IMG/VR virus record: IMGVR_UViG_3300035698_034156
Origin: an uncultured virus (IMG/VR IMGVR_UViG_3300035698_034156)
Lineage: Duplodnaviria; Heunggongvirae; Uroviricota; Caudoviricetes
Strand: one strand, 5' to 3'
DNA length: 54,485 bases
Positions within the stretch are counted from its first letter, which is position 1; the number at the start of each line of letters is the position of its first letter. The notes under the pieces were generated by a model. That model saw nothing but the letters and a program-made list of their open reading frames with translations. It was not told the origin of the DNA and did not search any database. Of this stretch, positions 29,031 to 37,928 are shown piece by piece. The position numbers were made by a program, and so were the translations under genes.

Positions 29031-29317
29031 TTAATCATCTCTATCAAGCCCATGAATTTTACCCCAATGACAATTATAACAAAGAAGCCTTGCTTTATCA
29101 GGGTCATACGGATAATTCTCTTTATCCTCATGATGAACTGTTAAACACCTTTCATCAGTTTCACCACACATTTCACAAGTACTATTAGCTCTTTTCCATA
29201 CAGCTTTCTTAAATTTTTTGCGTAACTGAATTTTTCTGGAAACAAAGCATTCATGACAATACTCACCTTCTCTTAAATTACTGATTTTAGTAATTCTCTC
29301 ATTTTTTCGTCTCCCAT
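29031..29317 (-). pseudogene. HNH endonuclease; start is out of frame (absent from the ORF track)
   Basis: CEMCG...LTVHH...LLCYNCH...H; needs one extra A in the A6 run after ATG GGA GAC. Confidence 0.65.
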
Positions 29318-29733
29318 AATTTTCCTATAATACTATCATATGCAATTTGATTTATAATTTTTTCTTGTTGTTCTTCTTGATTATCAAAAATAAAACAATC
29401 ACAATCACATATAGCAAGATGCAAATATTCGTGTATTATTGTTGAAATAATTTGGCGTGCTAAAAAATGCTGACTTAAATTTGAATTTGAAATGTATAAG
29501 TTTATTTCATCCAAATAAATTTCAACATGTTTCTTTTTATAAGTAGTATTATTATTAATGTATTTATATTTGGTATAACTAAATTTTCCCAGGTTAAATA
29601 TTCCTTCAGAGTGATTTGGTTCATCAGGGCGCACATTAAAACCTAGAATTTTTAGTATTTTTTTCCACCATGAAAATTCATCGAGTCTAAAAATCTTTCT
29701 TTTATCATGATGCAAAACAAAATTTAATTTCAT
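29299..29733 (-). CDS. Putative zincin-like metallopeptidase
   Basis: STIIHEYLHLAI (HExxH). Confidence 0.55.
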   Translation of the reverse strand: MKLNFVLHHDKRKIFRLDEFSWWKKILKILGFNVRPDEPNHSEGIFNLGKFSYTKYKYINNNTTYKKKHVEIYLDEINLYISNSNLSQHFLARQIISTIIHEYLHLAICDCDCFIFDNQEEQQEKIINQIAYDSIIGKLWETKK

Positions 29734-30116
29734 TACTTTACCTTCTTTATACTAATTCCAATTTCATTTAGTGAACATTCCATTAGTGTTCTATAATTAT
29801 CGCCTTCTAGTTCATCTATTGCTTTCCATAAATCAGAATTTTGTGTTAGGTCTGATGTTCTTGTAGTTTTGTGAAATATCCAACATAATTGGCTTAATTG
29901 GTCTTCGGTTATTTTCACTAAATCATTTGATGACTTTTGTTCTTCTTTTAACTTTCCTAATTTGTGCTTTTCTAATTCGTTTTTTAAAGTGATTTTGCAG
30001 TTAGGGCAAATAAATCTTAGGTTATTGAATAGTAAAAATCCCTTTTCTTTCTTTATATCGCTTCTGTGGTAACTCATATCACACATTTTACACTGAAAAA
30101 TTTGTTCTTCAATCAA
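29733..30116 (-). CDS. Zinc-finger hypothetical protein
   Basis: CKMC...CPNC. Confidence 0.55.
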   Translation of the reverse strand: MIEEQIFQCKMCDMSYHRSDIKKEKGFLLFNNLRFICPNCKITLKNELEKHKLGKLKEEQKSSNDLVKITEDQLSQLCWIFHKTTRTSDLTQNSDLWKAIDELEGDNYRTLMECSLNEIGISIKKVK

Positions 30117-30353
30117 TTTTATTCATCTCCTTTTTACGTTAGACATTACATGTAGTGTTTGCTCTAGCCATTGCAAGTGTTTTTTTTCTCGCCATTTAAT
30201 GTCTTATATAAATCAATATAGAACGTCTTATTTAAAAGGATATCGGACACATTCCATTGGGAATGTTTATAATAAGTATTGTCCTATAATACATATTAAA
30301 AAACACTTTAGGAGATAGATTAGATATGAAATAAGTAATGAAAGAATCAGGTT

Positions 30354-30623
30354 TTGAAATATGTATGGAAGATGAGATATATGGAATTTAAAGATATAAT
30401 AGAGTTTAAACGTGGTTGTGGAACGATAAAACAACAGGATGCCTTTCAACTCATGATTGAAAGAAGAGCCTTGGTGTTGTTTAATATCCTTTTCAATAAG
30501 CACTTGGATACTTTCCATAACCGCGCAAGGCTTAATACGGTTATTATTAGAGATAGTGATTGGAGTATGAGCTGTATGGGAAAAAAAGATTTAGATTATT
30601 TGGTAAAAGTAACCAAAAGTTAA
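30354..30623 (+). CDS. Hypothetical protein
   Basis: First ORF after the divergent promoter region; start uncertain. Confidence 0.45.
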   Translation: MKYVWKMRYMEFKDIIEFKRGCGTIKQQDAFQLMIERRALVLFNILFNKHLDTFHNRARLNTVIIRDSDWSMSCMGKKDLDYLVKVTKS

Positions 30624-30678
30624 AAAAAGAGATTGCTGGAGCAGTATATATAATGAATAAAAAAAGGATGTGGATTTA

Positions 30679-31110
30679 ATGAGTAGTAAAATAAGTGATG
30701 AACTGCGTTTGCATGTAATGGAATATTTTAATTCAAATAATAACATCAAGAAAAGCAGTATAATGAATGAATTTAAAAAGAAAAAAATCAAGTTTTCAAA
30801 ACGAACTCTTGGGAATGTTTTAAAGAAACTTTGCGATGACAAGATTTTATCAAACGATAATCATGTTTATTCAAAGAAGAAAAAAACTAAAATGAATCTA
30901 GGCGAGTTTATGGAGAACGAAGGAATTGAAACGGATATGAGGAAAAAACCGACAACTCCAACTAAAATGAAAATTTTCAAATCGAATTCAATTAGCTCAA
31001 TAACTACACAACTTCGGTCTCAGGAACAAATGTTAATCGAAGTTTGCACGAGACTTTCAAAATTAGAAGATATTTCTCGAAATAATTTAAGGAAGGTGAA
31101 GAAAAAATGA
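30679..31110 (+). CDS. Winged-helix DNA-binding protein
   Basis: FSKRTLGNVLKKLCDDKIL...VY helix-plus-wing pattern. Confidence 0.6.
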   Translation: MSSKISDELRLHVMEYFNSNNNIKKSSIMNEFKKKKIKFSKRTLGNVLKKLCDDKILSNDNHVYSKKKKTKMNLGEFMENEGIETDMRKKPTTPTKMKIFKSNSISSITTQLRSQEQMLIEVCTRLSKLEDISRNNLRKVKKK

Positions 31111-31544
31111 TGAAGTTTGTGTCATTAATTGCGATTTTTTGTTTGTTGCTTGTTTCAGTTCAAGCAACAACTCAATTAGCTGGAAGGTATGATGTTACTG
31201 CAAATACTCAGTTTCGTTGTAGGTTGAATGGTGGTGAGTGGTGGATTCAAAGGTATTTTCCGCATAATCAGCATTGGAGTGGGGTTGAGAGATGTTTTTA
31301 TGGTTGTGATTATGCAACTAAGAAGTGTTATTCTTCAACTGCGAGAGTTTACAGAAAACAAATGAATTCAATTAATAGTTTTATTTACAAGTTAAGGTTT
31401 AAACCAAGTTGGAGTCATACAAATTTATTATCAACTCCGAGAATTCAAACACATACATTAAATAAAACACAAAGGATTTATTTTGGAAATAATGCAGTTA
31501 AATCATATTACAGGAGAACTAATTTAAGGAAGGTGAAAAAATGA
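31107..31544 (+). CDS. Secreted Cys-containing protein (paralog of 41553..41948)
   Basis: Signal peptide; GRYDVTANTQFRCR...CFYGCDYATKKCYS. Confidence 0.75.
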   Translation: MMKFVSLIAIFCLLLVSVQATTQLAGRYDVTANTQFRCRLNGGEWWIQRYFPHNQHWSGVERCFYGCDYATKKCYSSTARVYRKQMNSINSFIYKLRFKPSWSHTNLLSTPRIQTHTLNKTQRIYFGNNAVKSYYRRTNLRKVKK

Positions 31545-31753
31545 TTGATTGTGTGCATATCAAAAATTGCACGAGCGCTAACACAGAAAAGTGCAATAAT
31601 TGTAAAAACAACATGAATCCTAAAAAAGATTATTATGAACCAAAAGATGGTTGGGTTAGAAAACCAATACCTTTTAGAATTAAGCCATACTATCCAGACC
31701 CAAACGCAGAACCATTAAGACCAATGTATATTTGTGAAATTAGGAGCGACTGA
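31541..31753 (+). CDS. Cys-rich hypothetical protein
   Basis: CxxxxxC...CxxC; RBS. Confidence 0.55.
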   Translation: MIDCVHIKNCTSANTEKCNNCKNNMNPKKDYYEPKDGWVRKPIPFRIKPYYPDPNAEPLRPMYICEIRSD

Positions 31754-31757
31754 GAGT

Positions 31758-32185
31758 ATGAATAAGGAATTGTTAAAAATGATTGAAAATACTACGGAAA
31801 ATGGAAAAGCGGTCGTTTCAGAGATATTTTTGTTAACGCAGATGGTTCAGAGATTCATCTGTTTACTCGAAACGGTGGCGGAAATCGAGAATGCTACGAG
31901 AAGAAAGAAGAATGCGAATGTTGTGGGTGTTGCATAGAAAAACATCTTCCGAAGCATCCTAATTATCTTCGAGATTTTGACGATTCTTTTGATTGCACCT
32001 ATGCAACAATTGTTTTTTCAGTTCCAGAAGAGCATAAAGAGTTTTGTGCAAAAATGTCAACTGGTAAAGATGAGCCATCTTTAGTTGAAAAAACAGAAGA
32101 AGCAGTTAAACAAATAAAATCTGGACAAAAACCAGTTCCAAAAGAATTGATTGAGTTATTTGAAGAAATGGGAATGGGAAAATGA
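31758..32185 (+). pseudogene. Phage-type protein split by a -1 frameshift (main frame 31787-32185 is missing from the ORF track)
   Basis: GRFRD...FTRNGGGNR...HPNYLRDFDDSFDCTYATIVFSVP frame has no start; one extra A in GAAAA joins it to MNKELLKMIE. Confidence 0.65.
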
Positions 32186-32194
32186 GGTTAAAAT

Positions 32195-32710
32195 ATGAAT
32201 TTATGGTTTACAGCTGATACCCATTTCGGGCACGAAAATATTATTGAGTATTGTAATCGCCCATTCAAAAGTTTAGAGGATATGGATGAAAAATTGATTC
32301 GTTTCTGGAATGAACGAGTGAAAAAAGGTGATATGGTCATATTTTTAGGAGACTTTTGTTTCCGCAACTCATCAGAGAAAGGAGAAGGCGCAAAACATAA
32401 ATGGGATTATTACCGAGACCAATTGGATGGCGAAATAGTATTTTTACAGGGTAATCATGACAATAATAATTCGTTGCCTACTAAGATTAAAAGCTTGGTT
32501 ATTGATTATGGTGGGGAAGAATATTTCTGCACTCACGAACCAGGCGACTGTAATATTGGTTATAAAGTTAATTTAGTTGGACATGTTCATAATGCTTGGA
32601 AAGTTAAAAAAATTCAAGGAGTATATGAATGTAATGCTGTGAATGTTGGTGTTGATGTATGGAATTATAGACCAGTTAAAATGGAAGAAATTTTAAAAGA
32701 ACTAAGGTGA
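32195..32710 (+). CDS. Calcineurin-like metallophosphoesterase
   Basis: ADTHFGH, LGD, GNHD, GHVH, NVGVD. Confidence 0.92.
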   Translation: MNLWFTADTHFGHENIIEYCNRPFKSLEDMDEKLIRFWNERVKKGDMVIFLGDFCFRNSSEKGEGAKHKWDYYRDQLDGEIVFLQGNHDNNNSLPTKIKSLVIDYGGEEYFCTHEPGDCNIGYKVNLVGHVHNAWKVKKIQGVYECNAVNVGVDVWNYRPVKMEEILKELR

Positions 32711-32895
32711 TTTTATTGGAAGAAATTATATATTATGAAGAAATTAAAAAGGTTGTTAGGGTTGGTAAAGAAGCTAATAATGATACTTTACATAAATTAA
32801 TTAAAGAAGTTGAAGCTGATGGTTATAGGGTTTTTGAAGCCGCGGTTTATGGAGATAAGATTTCTGTTTCTGGTACAAAGGATATAGAAAAATGA
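32707..32895 (+). CDS. Hypothetical protein
   Basis: Coupled ORF. Confidence 0.45.
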   Translation: MILLEEIIYYEEIKKVVRVGKEANNDTLHKLIKEVEADGYRVFEAAVYGDKISVSGTKDIEK

Positions 32896-32927
32896 TGTTT
32901 TAGTTCGGAACATTTATAAGGAGTTAT

Positions 32928-33152
32928 GTGCCTAATATCTATGGTGTTCGGAACAAGTTGTTTCTTATGTCAGGTGAAACTATGAAAAAGATAAAAACAA
33001 TCGTTAAAGAATGTCCTTTCTGCAATAACATTACAACACACCAAGTAATGTGGACTGGAAAACACGAAACTAGAATGTGTCTAAAATGCAACAAAAAGCA
33101 AATTAAAGATTCTAAATGGAACAAAGTACTTTACGAAGGTGAAAGCAAATGA
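32928..33152 (+). CDS. Small zinc-ribbon protein (start probably MKKIK)
   Basis: CPFC...CLKC. Confidence 0.6.
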   Translation: MPNIYGVRNKLFLMSGETMKKIKTIVKECPFCNNITTHQVMWTGKHETRMCLKCNKKQIKDSKWNKVLYEGESK

Positions 33153-33280
33153 TTAATGATTTTGATTTTGAATGTTCAGAATGTCATCATACAACTACTT
33201 CAATTGATTGTCTTGGCACTTACTGCGATTATTGCGGTAAACCTGTCGAAAAGGAACACGAATTAGGTGAGGGGAGCTAA

Positions 33281-33514
33281 ATGGATGTTGTATGTCAATT
33301 TGATAATGAAGCAATTATAACATTAAAAGATGGAAAAAAATTACATTTAGTTGAAGTACAAAGAAATGGAAAACAAGTGATAAGAATTACAAATTCAGGA
33401 AAACTTGCTGTTTCTGTTTTAAAAAAAGAATATCAATGGTATGATGGGTATCGATGGTATGAACCACTTGATGATGAATTTGTATCTGTTGAAATAAACG
33501 GGATTTGGGTATGA
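33281..33514 (+). CDS. Hypothetical protein
   Basis: RBS plus ORF. Confidence 0.55.
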   Translation: MDVVCQFDNEAIITLKDGKKLHLVEVQRNGKQVIRITNSGKLAVSVLKKEYQWYDGYRWYEPLDDEFVSVEINGIWV

Positions 33515-33629
33515 TGGAAAAGAAAAAGATTGCTGAATTATTTACTGAGAAAGAAATGGAAATAATCCATCGTTACGAAGCTACTCGAAGAAGAATTTGG
33601 CGTGCTAAAAAGAAACAGGAGATAAAACA

Positions 33630-33842
33630 ATGAGTTATTGTTGTAAAGATATGCAAGAAGCAGATAAGAAAGGCTGGATTGATTACTGTGAACCAACTAC
33701 AGTTGATTTAGAAACAAGAGAAGGTGGAGAAAATGTTGCAGTGCCGATTAATTTCTGTCCTTTTTGTGGAAAAAAATTTAAATCTGCTGGAAATATGAAT
33801 AAAATAATTAGTGAATTTGTAAAGTCTAAGGTGAAACAATGA
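33630..33842 (+). CDS. Small zinc-finger protein
   Basis: CC...INFCPFCGKK phage-type motif. Confidence 0.65.
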   Translation: MSYCCKDMQEADKKGWIDYCEPTTVDLETREGGENVAVPINFCPFCGKKFKSAGNMNKIISEFVKSKVKQ

Positions 33843-34216
33843 GTTATGCTAGATGTACTTACCCTTATACATATGTAAAAGGTATTAGTAAAGATTATGT
33901 GTTTGGTTCTTGCAACGAGGACAGAACAATTGAGTATATTGAAGATTATGGTGGTATTACTGATGAAACATTGGTAAATTTTGTGTGTAAAATTTCAGAG
34001 AAATGTAATGATAAATTATTTAAAAATTATGTCAGAAAAAAGTTAGCTGAAAGATTAAATGTAAAATTAAGAGACCATCCTTTAACATATAAAGAATTTC
34101 TTGAAGAAGTTGAAATACAAATGGAAACAGTAGGGAAAAAAGAATTGAAAAAGTTTTGGAAGGATATAGCTGAAATGGAAAAAGCTCAGAAAGATAAAAA
34201 GCTCAAGATGATTTGA
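33839..34216 (+). CDS. Hypothetical protein
   Basis: MSYARC start; coupled ORF. Confidence 0.6.
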   Translation: MSYARCTYPYTYVKGISKDYVFGSCNEDRTIEYIEDYGGITDETLVNFVCKISEKCNDKLFKNYVRKKLAERLNVKLRDHPLTYKEFLEEVEIQMETVGKKELKKFWKDIAEMEKAQKDKKLKMI

Positions 34217-34295
34217 AACATACAAATAAACACGCAGATACAATAGGGTTTACTCATGAAGGTATGGGGTATACTGGGCTTTATGATAATTATTT

Positions 34296-34859
34296 TTGCA
34301 TAAACAAGAAATTGAGGAAAAAGAAATGACTGAAATTAAAGTGGACCCAGGAAAATATAAAAATATTAAACGAATTAATATTAGAGTACCAAAATACGCA
34401 TTTAAGAACATTGAAATTTGGATTTCTGGTTTTAAACAAGGATGGGGCAAAAGAAATCAATTAGTAAATTCTTCTTCGATTGTGCTTCTTTCTATACAGG
34501 AAAAAGAACGAGTTCTGTGTTTTGGAATGAAAGATATTAAATTAGTGGATATTAATTGTAGTTTATGTCAAAGAAAGATAGATTTCGGTTTTTTGCAGTC
34601 ACATCATTTAAAACCTCATTATGGCAAACTAAAAAGAGCCAGAGAAGAAGTTCCTGTGTGTCGAGATTGTCATAGAATGATTCATTTTTTATTTTCAAAT
34701 AAAATTCTTCGAGAAATGGATATTAAAGGTGTTTTATTAAGTAAAAGGTTTGATTGTTACCTTAAATGGGTTTCGGATAAAAAAATGGGTATTGTTATCC
34801 CAAAACAAACAATTAGAGATATAGAATTAGAAGAATATGGTCATAGAATTCGAGTATAA
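34296..34859 (+). CDS. Protein with C-terminal HNH-like domain
   Basis: CSLCQR...HHLKP...VCRDCHRMIH. Confidence 0.7.
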   Translation: MHKQEIEEKEMTEIKVDPGKYKNIKRINIRVPKYAFKNIEIWISGFKQGWGKRNQLVNSSSIVLLSIQEKERVLCFGMKDIKLVDINCSLCQRKIDFGFLQSHHLKPHYGKLKRAREEVPVCRDCHRMIHFLFSNKILREMDIKGVLLSKRFDCYLKWVSDKKMGIVIPKQTIRDIELEEYGHRIRV

Positions 34860-34942
34860 GTTGGAATTTTAAAAATTAAAGCAATATTAAAATAGAAACC
34901 TTTTTAATAACAAACTATCATTATTTCCATTAGGTGATACAA

Positions 34943-35209
34943 ATGAATAAAACATCAGAAATGAAAATTAGCTTAGAAATTCAAGAAGAACTTGAAAAAA
35001 TCCCCCGCTGGAAACTCCTAATATACTTACAAAATCAAAACAAAGAAGTTTCCGTTTCAACAATCTCCAAAGACCTAAATTGGACATCAAGCAAAACACA
35101 TTCAGTAATTAAAGCATTACAAAAAGGAAACACTATTAATGCAGAAGTTCGACTAAAAAATAATACAGCCACCAAATTTGTTAAATTAAAAGAAAATAAA
35201 AAAATATGA
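34943..35209 (+). CDS. Winged-helix HTH protein
   Basis: SVSTISKDLNWTSSKTHSVIKALQKGNTI HTH pattern; directly upstream of tRNA-His. Confidence 0.7.
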   Translation: MNKTSEMKISLEIQEELEKIPRWKLLIYLQNQNKEVSVSTISKDLNWTSSKTHSVIKALQKGNTINAEVRLKNNTATKFVKLKENKKI

Positions 35210-35213
35210 TTAT

Positions 35214-35287
35214 GTTGAGTGTAGTGTAATGGTTTAGCATAGAGGGCTGTGAATCCTCAGGAGGGCATTCGATTTGCCCCATTCAAC
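35214..35287 (+). tRNA. tRNA-His(GTG) with encoded G-1
   Basis: G-1 pairs with C73; GAGGG-CT-GTG-AA-TCCTC; atypical A53-U61. Confidence 0.88.
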
Positions 35288-35553
35288 CTATAAAAATAAA
35301 ATAAATAAAGGTGTTATTTTGATAAATGTAAAAAGGCATAAAAGAAAATTATCTCTTAAAAAATTTCACATTAAAATATGTTCATCTATTAATAATAAAA
35401 TATTTAAAGATGAATTTTATATAATGGCAAGAAGCAAAATTCGTGCAAAAGAAAAAGTTTCAAACGATTTAAAAAATAAAGGTTTTAAAATTGTAAAATT
35501 AAATAAATTATTAAATAGATGATGGCTCCCTGTTCAACCTTTAAAAATAAAAA

Positions 35554-35579
35554 TTTCCCACCAAAAAATAAGTGGGAAA
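35554..35579. terminator. Hairpin between convergent genes
   Basis: TTTCCCAC/GTGGGAAA inverted repeat. Confidence 0.45.
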
Positions 35580-35586
35580 GTAAAAT

Positions 35587-35898
35587 TTATTTGACTGATT
35601 CAATCACATTTTTAACCTTGTTAACCTTCTTGATATAATATTCAATGATTTCAGATACATTATCTAAATCTAAAGGAATTTTAACACTCAAAAAAGCTAA
35701 ACTATCCAAATTAAAAGAAGCAGTAATTACTCCATCTTTAAATTCATAGTTTTCAAGTGTTGTTGGAATATTTTCCCATAAAAAACTAGGACAATCCTTA
35801 TGGTCATCTTCTCCATATTCTTCAATATTATCCAATAAAGCATTCTTTTTTTTCTTATCGAATTCTTCTTTATTTAAACTAAAATAAGCTGTTTCCAT
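35587..35898 (-). CDS. Hypothetical protein
   Basis: ORF with RBS. Confidence 0.6.
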   Translation of the reverse strand: METAYFSLNKEEFDKKKKNALLDNIEEYGEDDHKDCPSFLWENIPTTLENYEFKDGVITASFNLDSLAFLSVKIPLDLDNVSEIIEYYIKKVNKVKNVIESVK

Positions 35899-36145
35899 TC
35901 AAAATCACTTTCCTGCCAACACAAAGCCCAGCACCGCCGAGTAAAGCCGATAAACATTGATTAAAGGACAAAGCTTTTAATATCTCCTATGTATATTTAA
36001 TATATAAATTTAAAATAAATTGAAATAGGTGGTCATATGACAAAAAACATAACTCCAAATGAAAACTTCGGATTTTATTTCGCGCCATCGGAGCAACCGC
36101 AGTCACCCATATTATTGGAACTGACGGAATCCAACACGCGAAATC

Positions 36146-36218
36146 GGAGAGATAGTTTAACTTGGTATGACCTCAGCTTTGGAAGCTGATAATGAGGGTT
36201 CAAATCCTTCTCTTTCCA
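36146..36218 (+). tRNA. tRNA-Pro(TGG)
   Basis: TCAGC-TT-TGG-AA-GCTGA; cloverleaf. Confidence 0.85.
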
Positions 36219-36222
36219 CTAT

Positions 36223-36294
36223 GGGCTGGTATTTCAACGGTAGAATAATTCCTTTGCAAGGAATAGGCTGGGGGTTCGAATCCCTCTCGGTCCA
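36223..36294 (+). tRNA. tRNA-Ala(TGC)
   Basis: G3-U70; ATTCC-TT-TGC-AA-GGAAT. Confidence 0.9.
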
Positions 36295-36297
36295 CTA

Positions 36298-36549
36298 ATG
36301 GAAATAAAAGTTTGGATAAGTAAAGCTAAAAGCAAAGGATACTATATTCATTATGATTCAAACGGTGAATTAGATAATTTGGTCAAAGGTAGTTATAAGT
36401 CAATGGATGCGTTAACTAAAAGAGAAAGAACAGAAGGACATCATAAAAAGAAACCGTGTATTTGCGGAACACATTCAATTAGTGGACATAAAGAAAAATG
36501 GAAGTACCCAAAATGGAAAAAGAAAAGCAGAAAAGCCCCAATAATGTAG
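36298..36549 (+). CDS. Hypothetical protein within the tRNA array
   Basis: ORF fills the gap; its stop lies inside tRNA-Glu. Confidence 0.55.
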   Translation: MEIKVWISKAKSKGYYIHYDSNGELDNLVKGSYKSMDALTKRERTEGHHKKKPCICGTHSISGHKEKWKYPKWKKKSRKAPIM

Positions 36550-36609
36550 CTAGGTCAAGCATCTCTGGCTTTCAACCAGAAAACGTGAGTTCAAATCTCG
36601 CTTGGGGTA
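36535..36609 (+). tRNA. tRNA-Glu(TTC)
   Basis: TCTGG-CT-TTC-AA-CCAGA. Confidence 0.9.
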
Positions 36610-36612
36610 CTA

Positions 36613-36685
36613 GCCTCGATAGTGTAGTGGACAAACACACTGGGTTCTCAAACCAGAGACCTGAGTTCAAATCTCAGTTGAGGCA
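36613..36685 (+). tRNA. tRNA-Glu(CTC)
   Basis: CTGGG-TT-CTC-AA-ACCAG (31-39 mismatch). Confidence 0.82.
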
Positions 36686-36687
36686 TC

Positions 36688-36762
36688 CTTCCTTTGGTGT
36701 AACGGCAACAAGCACAGAAGGCTGTAGACTTTCAGGAGCGAGTTCGATTCTCGTAAGGAAGA
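36688..36762 (+). tRNA. tRNA-Tyr(GTA), archaeal type
   Basis: C1-G72, A73, short variable loop. Confidence 0.9.
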
Positions 36763-36768
36763 TAATAT

Positions 36769-36912
36769 GCAGAAGTAGCGAAGTGGCGAACGCACCAGAC
36801 CTAAGATGGAGAGGACAAATCTTCTTATCTGTCCAAAGGGTGAAACTCAAAACTTTCGTGGGAAATCTGGTTGAGCAAGGCTCTCGCGCAGGTTCGAATC
36901 CTGCCTTCTGTA
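36769..36912 (+). tRNA. tRNA-Leu(TAA) with a 59-nt 37/38 intron (36806-36864)
   Basis: Long variable arm; BHB with CCTA/TGGG helix and AG|A, AA|A bulges; C33. Confidence 0.85.
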
Positions 36913-36917
36913 TTTTT

Positions 36918-36988
36918 AGGGAAGTGGCAGAACGGTTATGCACTGGGTTGCAACCCCAGTTAAGCGAGTTCATCTCTCGCCTTCCCTT
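36918..36988 (+). tRNA. tRNA-Cys(GCA)
   Basis: CTGGG-TT-GCA-AC-CCCAG; U73; atypical T-loop TTCATCT. Confidence 0.82.
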
Positions 36989-36990
36989 TC

Positions 36991-37112
36991 GCTGGTGTGG
37001 CTCAATGGTAGAGCGGTTCCCTTGTAAGAAAATGGGCGGAGATTTGCTTCCTCTAGCCGTTTTCTTTGATAGGAACGGGTTGGGAGTTCGATTCTCTATC
37101 TCTCCGAGGGTA
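36991..37112 (+). pseudogene. tRNA-Thr(TGT) with an intron-like insert, fused to the 3' end of a different tRNA
   Basis: 5' GCTGGTG has no CACCAGC partner; after the T-loop comes ATCTCTC-CGAGGGT-A, a foreign T-stem/acceptor end. Confidence 0.7.
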
Positions 37113-37114
37113 TC

Positions 37115-37188
37115 ATCCTCGTAGTGTAGTGGACAAGCACCCAAGTTTCTGAAACTTGGAACGGTGAGTTCGAATCTCCCTGAGGATA
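37115..37188 (+). tRNA. tRNA-Gln(CTG)
   Basis: A1-U72; CAAGT-TT-CTG-AA-ACTTG. Confidence 0.87.
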
Positions 37189-37201
37189 TTTAAATTAAGA
37201 G

Positions 37202-37450
37202 GTGAAAAAATTGAAAAAAATAATGGAATACAAAGGAAAAGAATACGAAGTGTTATTCAGGCACGATAGAACGAAAGACGGAGACAAAATTGCTTCAAAA
37301 GGAGGAAAAACGACAGCATACATTAGAAATGATAAAAGAGAGGACATCATAAGCGAAATATCAGTATGCTCAATGAAAGATAATTACTCCAAAAGAATTG
37401 GAAGATTAATTTCAGAAGGCAGATTAAGGAAGTTGGTATTAAATGCATGA
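37202..37450 (+). CDS. Phage-type hypothetical protein
   Basis: KGGKTTA...SVCSMKDNYSKRIGRLIS.GR motif; start uncertain. Confidence 0.65.
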   Translation: MKKLKKIMEYKGKEYEVLFRHDRTKDGDKIASKGGKTTAYIRNDKREDIISEISVCSMKDNYSKRIGRLISEGRLRKLVLNA

Positions 37451-37751
37451 AAGTGAAATAGGTAAACTGAAAAACTATTGCCATAGATATATCGAAACGA
37501 TATTGAATTGTTTAGATGAAGGATTTTCATTGGAAGAAATAGTGGAATTAGGAAAATTAAGAGGAATAACACATTATTCAATAGAGAGTTTGCTGTATTT
37601 AAAAAAAGGTGAATTAAATGATATATTTCATAATCTTGACAAAGAAATTGGTTTTCCATTAAAATTTAGTGGTGATGATAAGAAATGTCTAATAAAGGAA
37701 TATGGTGTAAAGTTATTTATTAGATTGAAGCCATGGTGGCAGAGCGGTTAA
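37443..37751 (+). CDS. Hypothetical protein
   Basis: Coupled ORF; its stop lies inside tRNA-Ser(GCT). Confidence 0.55.
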   Translation: MHESEIGKLKNYCHRYIETILNCLDEGFSLEEIVELGKLRGITHYSIESLLYLKKGELNDIFHNLDKEIGFPLKFSGDDKKCLIKEYGVKLFIRLKPWWQSG

Positions 37752-37813
37752 TCGCGCTGGGTTGCTAACTCAGTGGGGGAAACTCTAAGCAGGTTCGAAT
37801 CCTGTCCATGGCG
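37730..37813 (+). tRNA. tRNA-Ser(GCT)
   Basis: Long variable arm; G73. Confidence 0.9.
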
Positions 37814-37815
37814 TT

Positions 37816-37917
37816 GGCACAGTGGCAGAGCTTGGTTTAATGCACTCCGCTTGAGTTAGTATTCTGCAAGAAACGGTGAGTCCCTCGGGACCGTAGGTTC
37901 GAATCCTGCCTGTGTCG
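37816..37917 (+). tRNA. tRNA-Ser(TGA) with a 17-nt 37/38 intron (37856-37872)
   Basis: Clean BHB: CTTG/CAAG helix with two 3-nt bulges; long variable arm; G73. Confidence 0.9.
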
Positions 37918-37928
37918 TTGGTGATGTA

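Noticed and set aside
31734..31937. ORF-track 67-aa protein
   Set aside because: The motif-bearing product is in another frame (31787-32185); only the codons from 31758 up to the shift are likely real.
35274..35522. 82-aa ORF as listed
   Set aside because: It starts inside tRNA-His, is extremely AT-rich and has no clear RBS; a shorter product is possible but unsupported.
36991..37112. Trans-spliced (split) tRNA-Thr
   Set aside because: No matching 3' piece (CACCAGC end) or complementary leader seen in the window; a deletion explains it more simply.
36498..37144. ORFs 36498..37124 (+) and 36674..37144 (-)
   Set aside because: They run across consecutive tRNA genes and are chance open frames in GC-richer RNA sequence.
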